64,000 nucleotides of DNA from Macrostomum lignano. Taxonomy: Eukaryota. Shown here piece after piece: positions 50,288-60,444 of this stretch; position 1 is the first letter of the stretch; every line of letters starts with the position of its first letter. The notes under the pieces were generated by a model that worked only from the letters and a program-made list of their open reading frames with translations, searched no databases and was not told where the DNA came from. The stretch lies in contig NIVC01003038.1 of NCBI GenBank assembly GCA_002269645.1, positions 1 through 64,000 on the forward strand, given 5' to 3'. The position numbers and the translations under genes were made by a program.

Positions 50288-50600
50288 CTCCACCCATAAA
50301 ATTTCCACCCAATAAAACCTCCACCCCATGAACCATCCACTCCAAAAAACTCCACCCCATAAAACCTCCACCTCATAAAATTTCCATCCCATAAAACCTT
50401 CACCCCATAAAACTTCCACCCCATGAACCATCCACCCCATAAAAACTCCACCCACGAAACCTCCAACCCATAAACCAACCACCCCATGAACCAACCACCC
50501 CATGAATCATCCATCCCATAAAAACTCCACCCCACGAAACCTCCAACCCATGAACCATCCACCCCATAAAAACGACCCCAAATACCTCCGACCCAAGAAA
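50288..50600. repeat. Degenerate C/A-rich repeat (CCACCCCATAAAA / CCATGAACC)
   Basis: Direct reading. Confidence 0.8.
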
Positions 50601-50645
50601 AACAACGCATAAGTAGCAACACAGAATTTCAACCATCACTTATCA

Positions 50646-51149
50646 TCAAATGTTCTCATAGCTATTTCCTCCCCTTCCGCGCACTAAGCTGCGAACGCCA
50701 TTGAAAGAAAACACGCAGCCGTCCCGAACAAGGAACGGCAGTGCCAGCCAGAACTCTCTATTGGGCACAGAATCAGGATAAACTGGCAGCTTCCGCACCA
50801 GCGCATTGAAAGCCAGGCCGCCAGCCACGTAGACAAACACCAGGCAGAAGAACACAATCAGCAGGATGTCGCCGCCGCTTAGGCCGCCGCCGCCGCCACC
50901 GCCTCCTCCACCGGACTGTTCGCAGCAGTGCTTTGAGGTCAGCCGCATTTTGTACACAATCAACTGCGGCCCAACGCTGCCATCATCCAGAGCCTCGAAT
51001 TTGGGCACGGAGGCCGACTGATCGCAGACCAGCTGCACCTGGGCTGACCGGCGCTTGCCGTCGCCGGAGAGGGCGCTGTATGTCAGTTGGAGCCCCGCCT
51101 GCGGCTCCGTGGAGAACTGGGCTGTCGACTGGGTGCCCAGCAGGTACTC
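50646..51149 (-). CDS. M6PR/ATG27-like protein, exon 2 (C-half of MRH domain, TM helix, cytosolic tail)
   Basis: Acceptor CTGTCAG; EYLLGT..RSAQVQLVCD..YKMRLTSKHCC, Gly linker, TM LSGGDILLIVFFCLVFVYVAGG, PNREFWLALPFLVRDGCVF, terminal YENI. Total 264 aa. Confidence 0.88.
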   Translation of the reverse strand, partial: EYLLGTQSTAQFSTEPQAGLQLTYSALSGDGKRRSAQVQLVCDQSASVPKFEALDDGSVGPQLIVYKMRLTSKHCCEQSGGGGGGGGGGLSGGDILLIVFFCLVFVYVAGGLAFNALVRKLPVYPDSVPNREFWLALPFLVRDGCVFSFNGVRSLVRGRGGNSYENI

Positions 51150-51185
51150 CTGACAGTTGGCGAGCCGTGTTGGAGGGATAGTCAG

Positions 51186-51843
51186 CCCTCTCCCTCTCTC
51201 CCCTTCCCTCTCTCCCCTTCCCTCTTTCCCCTTCCCTGTCTCCCCTTCCTTCTCTCCCTCTCTCCCCTACCATCTCTCTCCTTTCCTCTCTCCCCTTCCC
51301 TTTCTCCCCTTCCCTTTCTCCCCTTCCCTTTCTCCCCTTCCCTCTCTCCACTTCCCTCTCTCCCCTACCATCTCTCTCCTTTCCTTTCTCCCCTTCCCTT
51401 TCTCCCCTTCCCTCTCTCCACTTCCCTCTCTCCCCTGCCATCTCTCTCCTTCCCTCTCTCCCCTACCACCTCTCTTCTTCCCTCTCTCCCTCTCTCCCCT
51501 TCCCTCTCTCCCCTTCCCTTTCTCCCCTTCCCTCTCTCCTTCCCTTTCTCCCCTTCCCTTTCTCCCCTTTCCTATCTCCCCTTCCTTCTCTCCCTCTCTC
51601 CCCTACCATCTCTCTCCTTCCCTCTCTCCCCTTCCCTTTCTCCCCTTCCCTCTCTCCACTTCCCTCTCTCCCCTACCATCTCTCTCCTTCCCTCTCTCCC
51701 TCTCTCCCCTTCCCTCTTTCCCCTACCATCTCTATCCTTCCCTCTCTCCCCTTCCCTCTCTCCCCTTCCCTCTCTCCCCTACCGTCTCCCCTACCCTCTC
51801 TCCCCTACCCTCTCTCCCCTACCCACTCTCCCCTACCCTCTCC
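51186..51843. repeat. CT-rich tract filling the M6PR-like intron
   Basis: (TCTCCCCTTCCCT)-like units. Confidence 0.93.
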
Positions 51844-51873
51844 TAGTCAGCACGCAGCAACTCTAATTCTCAC

Positions 51874-52164
51874 ATAGCGCCTATCTGTAGATCTCTGACA
51901 TGACGCGGCGTCTCCTTGGCTGCTGTCGCAGCGCTGCCCTGTGCAGGGGTTGTACAGGTAGTTATACGGCTGCTGAGGCCCCATGGCGGAAAAGGCAAAG
52001 TCTGCTGCCTTCGCCAGAGGTGACAAGTCGATGGTGCCGCCAGCAGCGGTCTGACAGCTGCAACTGCTCAGCTGACGACTGCATACCGGATACGCGGCTT
52101 CTGCTACTGCTATTGTTGCAGAGATTGCTGCTGCTGTTAGAAGCAGCAAAGCTTTTAGAGTCAT
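51874..52164 (-). CDS. M6PR/ATG27-like type I membrane protein, exon 1 (signal peptide + N-half of MRH domain)
   Basis: MTLKALLLLTAAAISATIAVAEA signal; CSCQT..GTIDLSPLA..YNYLYNPC..AASCQ is typical of MRH domains; donor TAT|GTGAGA, phase 0. Confidence 0.85.
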
Positions 52165-52682
52165 GGAATCAGTTGGAAATGGCATGTTAGCTGCGTTGCA
52201 AACCGAGCGAACGAGCGGTTTTAAGACCACTTGTGCATACGCTGTACAGTGCAAGGCGTCACAGGCGGTGACACAGCTGATAAGACTTGCCATGTAGCGC
52301 AGTCAAGCAACGCAAGCTGTTTCTCTGTTTTTCAGTATTCACGCTAGTATTATTTCACTGTTTTTAGCAAACCAATATAATATTTGGCCAAAATAAATAA
52401 AACACTACAGTCTACTATCAGTAGGCGATCAGAAATAGATAGCACTAGAGATGTCATCGACAGTAACGCATATAAAATAGAGAGATATTTTGCTGCTAAT
52501 TAAATATAAGAAGATTTTGCACGAGTCAAATAGGAATTTATAGCAGAGCTGAATAAGTTGGTTCACTGATTAATTCCCGTCGTCAATGATTTATAGGTAA
52601 AATTGGATATCAATGACTTCAAAATCTATCAGTAACAAAAGAATTATAGAGTGCGGAGGAAGAAATAAAACATTTAAACAAT

Positions 52683-53572
52683 CCGGGCACTTCTCTGGAC
52701 ACCCTGGCACTTCTCTGGACACCCTGGCACTTCTCTGGACACCCTGGCACTTCTCTGAACACCCTTGCACTTCTCTGGACACCCTGGCACTTCTCTGGAC
52801 ACCCTTGCACTTCTCTGGACACCCTTGCACTTCTCTGGACACCCTGGCACTTCTCTGGACACCCTGGCACTTCTCTGGACACCCTTGCACTTCTCTGGAC
52901 ACCCTGGCACTTCACTGGACACCCTGGAACTTCTCTGGACACCCTGGAACTTCTCTGGACACCCTGGCACTTCTCTGGACATCCTGGCACTTCTCTGGAC
53001 ATCCTGGCACTTCTCTGGACACCCTTGCACTTCTCTGGACACCCTTGCACTTCTCTGGACACCCTGGCACTCCTTTAAAGAACGTGGCACTCCTCTGAGT
53101 ATCCTGGCACTCCTCTGAGTACCCTGGCACTCCTCTGAGTATCCTGGCACTTCTCTGGACATCCTGGCACTTCTCTGGACATCCTGGCACTTCTCTGGAC
53201 ACCCTGGCACTTCTCTGGACACCCTTGCACTTCTCTGGACACCCTGGCACTCCTTTAAAGAACGTGGCACTCCTCTGAGTATCCTGGCACTCCTCTGAGT
53301 ACCCTGGCACTCCTCTGAGTATCCTGGCACTCCTCTGAGTACATTGGAACTCCTCTTAGTATCCTGGCACTCCTCTGAGTATCCTGGCACTCCTCTGAGT
53401 AGCTGAGTATCCTGGTACTCCTCTGAGTATCCTGGCACTCCTCTGAGTATCCTGGCACTCCTCTGAGTATCCTGGCACTCCTCTGAGTATCCTGGCACTC
53501 CTCTGAATATCCTGGCACTCCTCTGAGTATCCTGGCACTCCTCTGAGTATCCTGGCACTCCTCTGAATACCC
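52683..53572. repeat. 20-bp minisatellite (ACCCTGGCACTTCTCTGGAC grading to ATCCTGGCACTCCTCTGAGT)
   Basis: About 44 copies, with the variant changing along the array. Confidence 0.96.
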
Positions 53573-53700
53573 CGAGAACCTTTATTAATAAATTATAATT
53601 TAGGGTAAAAACAAAAAAGGTTATCAAAAAGGTTACAAGAAGCTGTAATGAGTCGACTGCCAAATAGGCAGAATTATCTAAAAAGTGCCGACGCCCCGAA

Positions 53701-54279
53701 TTACAGACGGTGGAATCGGCCAACCATTCGGTTGCAGCTCGGACAGATGTGCTCAACGTCTTTGCACGAGTTCACGCAGAACGGGATCAGACAGCAGCCG
53801 AGCGACAGGCCGACGAAGAACAGAATAGCGGCAATCAGCCAGGTGTAGCCGCCGATCTTATAATAGACAGTGGTCTGCACATTGTTGTGACAGTTTGGGC
53901 AGACCATCCACACCGGCGACTGGTTGAATCGCGGAATTGTGGCGTTCACAACCACTGGATGCTGCTGCATCACTACCACATGATGCTGAGCGGGCTGGCC
54001 TTGGTAGCCGCCAGCGGCTGGGTAGGCAGGCGGCGGCGGCGGTTGCTGATGCTGCTGCTGAGCAGGGTAGCTAGTCGGGTACCCAGGCTGAGCTGTTGAG
54101 GCAGCTGGGTAGCTAGGCGGGTATCCAGGCTGAGCTGCTGAGGCAGTCGGGTAGCTTGGCGGGTATCCAGGCTGAGCTGTGGAGGCAGTCGGGTAGCTTG
54201 GCGGGTACCCAGGCTGAGCTGCAGACGGATTGGCGCCGTCCGTCTTGCTGACACCAACCGGGTGCACGGTTCCGCTCAT
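53701..54279 (-). CDS. LITAF: LITAF/SIMPLE-domain protein, copy 1 (192 aa)
   Basis: Pro/Tyr-rich N-terminus with repeated PPSY; CPNC..hydrophobic segment..CCLIPFC..KDVEHICPSC. Confidence 0.93.
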   Translation of the reverse strand: MSGTVHPVGVSKTDGANPSAAQPGYPPSYPTASTAQPGYPPSYPTASAAQPGYPPSYPAASTAQPGYPTSYPAQQQHQQPPPPPAYPAAGGYQGQPAQHHVVVMQQHPVVVNATIPRFNQSPVWMVCPNCHNNVQTTVYYKIGGYTWLIAAILFFVGLSLGCCLIPFCVNSCKDVEHICPSCNRMVGRFHRL

Positions 54280-56283
54280 GTCCTCCTGAACTATGAAGAC
54301 CAATAGTTAATGTCGACTAGAAGCTCCGATGCTGAGTCTCCTCTGATCTGCTTTACAATCTTAGCAGTTCCCTTAAACTGGCAAGGCACAGCTTGTCAGA
54401 GAGAAATAGAGTGGAATAGATCGTCTGCGTGCGCAGCTCAGACTGCCGTTGTCATTGGCAACGGCAAACAATACTCCGCTTCCACTCCGGACTGTACAAT
54501 GTCACTCCAGTTCCTCTCTCCTCAGGTAAGAGTGGCACCTGAAAACTCCTCCGCCCTCTCGAATACAGGGAAAGAGAGTTCACGAGATCAGGCGTACAGC
54601 CTGGACGGAAAGAATGCCATTGCGACGAGACCCTGCTGTGCATTCCATTCTTGATTCTGTCTGTTGGGATTTTTAATTTTCTAGCAACACTGTACTAACG
54701 GACAGCTCAACAGAGGACTGTACGAGTACAGTAAGTCCCTGAATTTAACTTGAATTTTACAGCTGGCAAGAGTTTGCAATTTAGACAACTGTATGGATTT
54801 CCAGATTGATTGCTAACATTACGAGAGGACGCAGGACCCGCACAAAAACGTGCAAATTTTATTAAAGACTGATTATTTAATTTTACGTAAGCCCGGCCAC
54901 AGAAACTCGTCGAAGTGTAATTTTATCCCAGGAAGTGCATGATTTTGTCCCCATTCAGTTAACAGTAGGAACACCAAGCCAAGCCAAAATTCAAGAACAC
55001 GGGCCAACTTTTTGTTGCGCACCTTCTCAAACAAGAATCAAGTCGCCAGCCCTCCGGATCGTCGAGATATTCGACGAGTCTGCCAGAAGGTCGGATGTTT
55101 TTCTCAAAAGCGCCAGTGTATTCAGTACACCCCTGTGCGCCAATCAGCACTGCGCCTCACTGCAGCCTTGCCAAGCCTCCGAATTTCATCGGCAATTCGA
55201 CAACATGTGTCTGCATCAGCTCTGACTTCGTTTGTCACTGGCCTTCGCCCAGGCGGAGCTTCTGGACTTTCAACAGATGGCCATTGTTGAAAGTCCAGAC
55301 TTTTGTTGCCATTATGGACCATGTTGCGAATTTCTTGAGTTTCGCTGATCAAGCTCCGACAGTGGGCAAGCCTCAACTGCTGGACATCCTCAGCTAGTCT
55401 CTCAAGCATTCAGTCGTCATCTGGACGTCGTCGGCACCTGACACCAGGCGACTATGGACTTCCTGTTGCAACTATGTCAGATTTTTCTTATTAATAACAC
55501 TCCTAGTCGCCTGGTACAGCATGCAACAGTAAGACCTTTGGTAGCTCTACTATCAATACAGTGTATGCATAATGCATGGTTTACGATTATATTATATTTT
55601 ATTTTTTCCATGTCTATAGTATACGCCAAGAACTACTTAACCACTTGGAAATTCCAGCCTCTACAAATTATATGGATCGTCCTATATAAACGAAACTTAA
55701 CTAAGTCCTTGAATTCTTGATCTAAGAGTTCCGTCACAAAATTGTTTATCTAAACCACACATTGACCAGAAAGCGATTTGATAAAAAGTCATTGATTGTT
55801 CCAAAATTGGTTATTATCCCAAAACGCTATCATATTTAGATAGGCTTTGCTGTAGCGGTCAATACGCGATGGGATGTGATAAGATCTTTGCGGACGGGAT
55901 CTCGAGACAAGTTGGAAGAAGACACAGTGAACCACAGGTTGCGGAGCAGTTGTTAACAGCTTTTTACCCATTTTTACTTCTGAAAAACTTGGAACTTTCA
56001 ACCCTACCAAAAACTTCAGATGGCTGTAAGCTGCCTGAAAAAGTAAAGTCTTTAATTAAAAACAGACCTCTCACACGAAAACTTTTGCTCCCGACTGGTC
56101 CCGAACAGTCGGGATTGACATCCGGAGTTCTGCTTTGCTGGTTCAGCGATTTCCACAGGTGAAAATCGTGGTCACCCACTTTTCCATGCTGATAATAGCT
56201 GCGTTCTAAGCAAGCTTTAGGCACTTTTTCGCACATTAATCTTAAATTATTTGAACCCAGCAATTTTGACTATCAATTTATAT

Positions 56284-56593
56284 CAGGCGTTGGCAAACTT
56301 TTGTACCTCAATGGGCAGATAAATAATCTAGATCCTTGCTGCGGGCCGAATGAGAGATGAGAGATGCGATAAAAGAGAAGATAAGAGGAGAGGAGAAATG
56401 AGAGGAGAGAGAGAAAAGAGGAGAGGATAGAAAAGAGAGAAGAGGGGAGATAGAGAACTGAGAAGAGAGCTAAAAAAGACACAAACCTTGAGCGGGCCGG
56501 ATTGCAATTGAAAAACTTCAACGGACCAGAGGGCACGATAAAGAGTCTTCGTTGGCAGCATGTGGCCCGCAGGCCGGAGTTTGCCGACCCCTG
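56284..56593. mobile_element. hAT (Charlie-like) non-autonomous element
   Basis: TIRs CAGGCGTTGGCAAAC / GTTTGCCGACCCCTG; subterminal GCGGGCCG / GGCCCGCAGGCC motifs; GA-rich interior; TSD not intact. Confidence 0.7.
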
Positions 56594-56930
56594 ATCTGGA
56601 CATTGGTAGAGAAAGGCTTAAATTCAACCCATACTGCTATTCAACTTTTACCAAAAGCACTTCTGAAAGTTACATAAAGAAAATTACATGCAAACATCCC
56701 TTCGAATATTTGTCCTTCTGCACGTGCGAGACAGCACTACTAAGTGTATTTAGTGGCATTACAGATTTTACACACAGTATGGATGCATTCATTTGTCGCA
56801 GTTTTGCTGACTGCTACAATTAAATTAAACCCGTCGATTTTAAATTATATAATTTGTTTGTGATCGCGAACCCGATGGCTTTAACGATGGGCGAGCTCTG
56901 GACAGACCGATATGGCATCGCCGAACTTGT

Positions 56931-57410
56931 TCAGCAGCGCTTGTACACTCCTATCTGGTTGTTGCAGTTCGGACACGAGTGCTTGACATCCTTGCAGGCG
57001 TTAGTGACGAATGGAATGAAAATGCAGAGCCAAAGACAGGTGATAAACAGCACGGCCGCTATTATCCAGACCGTCACGCCGATGACGTACTGGGTATTAG
57101 TCATGATGTCGGCCCCGCAGAACTGGCAGGTCATGCGGGTTGCCGCCTCTCCCAAGTTCGCTGTGCCCATGCCCATGGCCGGGACTGCAACTGGAACTGC
57201 AACGGGTTGAACAGGCTGATAGGCAGCTTGTTGGTAGCCAGCTTGCTGGTAGCCAGCTTGCTGGTAGCCAGCTTGCTGTGGGTACCCGTAATGCGACTGG
57301 TTTTCAACTGTCGCATTTCCAGTTGTCGACTGTTGGTTTCCAGACGACTGGCTGCCGGCTTGCTTCTCCTTCGCAGCCGACTGGTAGCTGGGCGGTGGAG
57401 TGTCTGACAT
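56931..57410 (-). CDS. LITAF: LITAF/SIMPLE-domain protein, copy 2 (159 aa)
   Basis: PPPSY near the start; CQFC..WIIAAVLFITCLWLCIFIPF..KDVKHSCPNC. Confidence 0.93.
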   Translation of the reverse strand: MSDTPPPSYQSAAKEKQAGSQSSGNQQSTTGNATVENQSHYGYPQQAGYQQAGYQQAGYQQAAYQPVQPVAVPVAVPAMGMGTANLGEAATRMTCQFCGADIMTNTQYVIGVTVWIIAAVLFITCLWLCIFIPFVTNACKDVKHSCPNCNNQIGVYKRC

Positions 57411-57457
57411 GGCTGATGGCTGGGCTGCGACGGCTTGGCTAAACTGAGTGTGCAACC

Positions 57458-57465
57458 TTTTATAG
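57458..57465 (-). promoter_or_regulatory. Candidate TATA box of LITAF copy 2
   Basis: TATAAAAG on the minus strand about 50 nt upstream of the ATG at 57410. Motif match only. Confidence 0.4.
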
Positions 57466-58910
57466 GCAGCTATCTGTCTGACTCCGCACCTGGGCTATGC
57501 GATTGTTTTCGCCTGCACTTCTACGTTTCCATAGTTTTGTCTATGTGCCAAAGTGCTGCTGCGAGTAACTCGTTAAAAGCGCTTGAGTTTAGAAGACAGG
57601 CGTGTAAGGCTGCGTTTTGGCCTTACAGAAGTGCATCGACTTTGCATTGGCCTCGTGTGAGTCATCCGTATAACAGTTTTTATTCCTGCTATCTTCTGCT
57701 CACAAGTCAGAAAGAATTCTAACACACTGGCCTCTAAGGGCCCTGTTATGAGTGTGAGGCTCACATCTCGGAATCTTTCTGTGTCGCAAATTATTCAAGA
57801 CAGTGTATTTTATAGTCAAGCAAACAAACTGGTTTAGTTGACAAAATGAAGAGCAATGCATAGTATGAGCGGGGCAGGGTTATCGCTCGAGCATTTGTCT
57901 CTGTCCCGTTGTTAGGCAACTATATCACCCCCCAAAAGCATTGCTGCGATTCCACTGTGTCACGCGTTCGCAGGCTGCTGGCTTGGCCTTCGAACCTCAG
58001 CTTTGTTATCTGCCCTTTAGTGTAGAGCTGGTCTGGCTGGATAGAACCGGGCGAGACGAGAGGAGGCCGTTGTTTTTTCGCTTCGATGTAAGCACAATTC
58101 CAGTGCTTACAATCCATCACATTATACAATATCAATCAATGATTTTACAGGCAGTTCTCAGAGTCACTCTGAAACGGAGATGCATTTCAACCCCCCCCCC
58201 CCCAGTACTGATATTGCATAATTAACGTAGCTCCTGCTAAATCCTGCTAGTTATAGAACTCACTGACTCATATATAGGAGCAACATAGCAGCACATCCTA
58301 TACATGGCTGTGGATAGTACACTGTAGATATTACATGTATTACATGGATGATGCACATGATGTGGTGCTGCAGATTGTTTCAGCATGATTCCTCGCTGGC
58401 TGCGGTACTCGTATTATTTCTCATGGATGTACAGTGTACGCTTGTAAAAAGGCCTCTAAAACAAAAAATGTATGTTTCGGATTCATTTTGGTTATGTAAT
58501 AGTCTTTGAAGCAGATAATACATTTTGCATCATAAGAGTTCAAATTTGCGTATAGCTTATAAGTTCAGCAGAAGAACGAAAACATTTGCGGGACAGTAGA
58601 AATTTGCGTTGAGCTAAGCAGAAATTTTTATGTCTGGATAAACAAGCAAATATTTTAGTTGTTGTATTAAATATTCTAACATTTTAATTTCATTTTGTTC
58701 TCTTAACAGAAAGTTGAGTTACTTCAACAAGGTTCTCAAAAACTGTAAAAAAATAGTACACACCTCGTATAAACATAGTTGTTAGAAGTGTGTTAAAGAG
58801 CTGTAGCGTTTTGTTTTAAAGCCGTTTAAACACACGCAAGTACAATTTAGAAAACGAAAAGCCTACAAGTTTCAATAATTTTTTTCATCTGCTTGTCTCA
58901 CACAATTAGA

Positions 58911-59387
58911 TCAGTTAGCCTTGCAGACGCCGATGGTTCCACGGCAGTTCGGGCAGGAGTGATGCGCGTCCTTGCAGGAATCCACGCAGAATGGAATCAG
59001 ACAGCACAGGGCAAAGCCGAATATGCACAGAAGAAAACAAATTAACCAGGTGAAGCTGCCAGGACTGTAGGTGACCAGAGTGTTCACATAGCTGCTACAA
59101 TACGGACACGTCAGTGGAACCGGGTAGCGACCTAATTTATAGGCCGTTGCGGTGGGTAAGGATGCAGTTTGAATATTAACTACTGTCTGTTGCTGCTGCT
59201 GATGCTGCGACTGTGGCTGCTGCTGCTGTGGCTGCTGCTGCTGTGGCTGCTGCTGCTGTGGCTGCTGCTGCTGTGGCTGTTGCTGCGGCGGGTAGCTCTG
59301 CGGCGGGTAGGCCTGGTACGGCGGCGGCGGGTATACGGGCTCAGGAGGCTTGCTGCCAGCAGGATCCGGGTGTACGCTGTTATGCAT
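58911..59387 (-). CDS. LITAF: LITAF/SIMPLE-domain protein, copy 3 (158 aa)
   Basis: PPPPY, (QQQQP)n; CPYC..WLICFLLCIFGFALCCLIPFC..KDAHHSCPNC. Confidence 0.93.
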   Translation of the reverse strand: MHNSVHPDPAGSKPPEPVYPPPPYQAYPPQSYPPQQQPQQQQPQQQQPQQQQPQQQQPQSQHQQQQQTVVNIQTASLPTATAYKLGRYPVPLTCPYCSSYVNTLVTYSPGSFTWLICFLLCIFGFALCCLIPFCVDSCKDAHHSCPNCRGTIGVCKAN

Positions 59388-60108
59388 GATTTCTAATGCT
59401 ATTTATTTCTACTTGAGAACTGGCTCTAGTGCTGTATGTAAACTATAGATTCAACTAAAGTCGAGGCGCACGGCCAAGCCGCACCCACAGCTTGCTGAGC
59501 TGGCTTTATTATGCAAATTTTCGCCTGCGTTTTCATCACTGTACAGTCCGGCTGCAATGTGAGTCTGTGTGCAGTGCGCAGCAGTAATTGTGTTTGGAAT
59601 GGCTTTTGCAAGCAACCCCCGTTGTTGGGAGCAACGAGAGAAATACGAGGTAGAATATTAATATTTTTTCAAGCCTTACACAGCTATACATATATTCTTC
59701 TGGTTTGTAAAAAGCAAATATCCAAGCTCGGGTGCAATGAAGAAATAGCAAAATGTAAGTTGTGCTTACCGGCTCTCTCTCGCGCCTCAGAAACAATGTG
59801 AAGGCCCTGTTTGTTTCGTTAGCTAGCTAGCTCGTACGCGTGTATGCAGCCACCACAGCAAGCCAACACAGCAGGGCTTGCCTAATAAAGTGAACGATAC
59901 TGCAGCTAGTATGTGTTTGTTCATGTTGCGCGACCAATGAAAGATGAAGATCAAAAAACAATCTGTCTTTATGCTTACGGAATTTGGACTGTGGACTAGG
60001 ATGCTATGCGGAAACTTTTGTTTTTATAGCAATTACATGTACATGGTTCTGTAGCAAGATTGTTTAATTATAAAATTTATTAGAATAATATCAACGAACT
60101 TTTCACAT

Positions 60109-60444
60109 TGAGCCTCTTCAATGCAATCGGTTCTAGAACCAGAATAAATTCGAGTTCTAGAACCAGAACCAGTGTGAAATGAAGAGCTTCGAATTCATTT
60201 TATGTTTGACAGTCTTTACAATTTAATTTTGTCGTTCTTTGACTTTGTTTCCTCTTGGATATAACAAAAAACGGAATAATTATCTAACAATACAATAATA
60301 AAAAATTGATGGTTTCAAATATATATTACTGTTAAAGTGTAAACATGACAACGGTTCGAAAAAATTTCTCGAACCATATTCCAGAACCAGAACCATGTTC
60401 CGGAACTAATTCTGTTTTTCGAACCGGCGATATGAAGAGGCTCA
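60109..60444. mobile_element. Small MITE with 12-bp perfect TIR
   Basis: TGAGCCTCTTCA / TGAAGAGGCTCA, extending imperfectly to CGGTTC; internal GAACCAGAACC repeats; no clear TSD. Confidence 0.55.
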
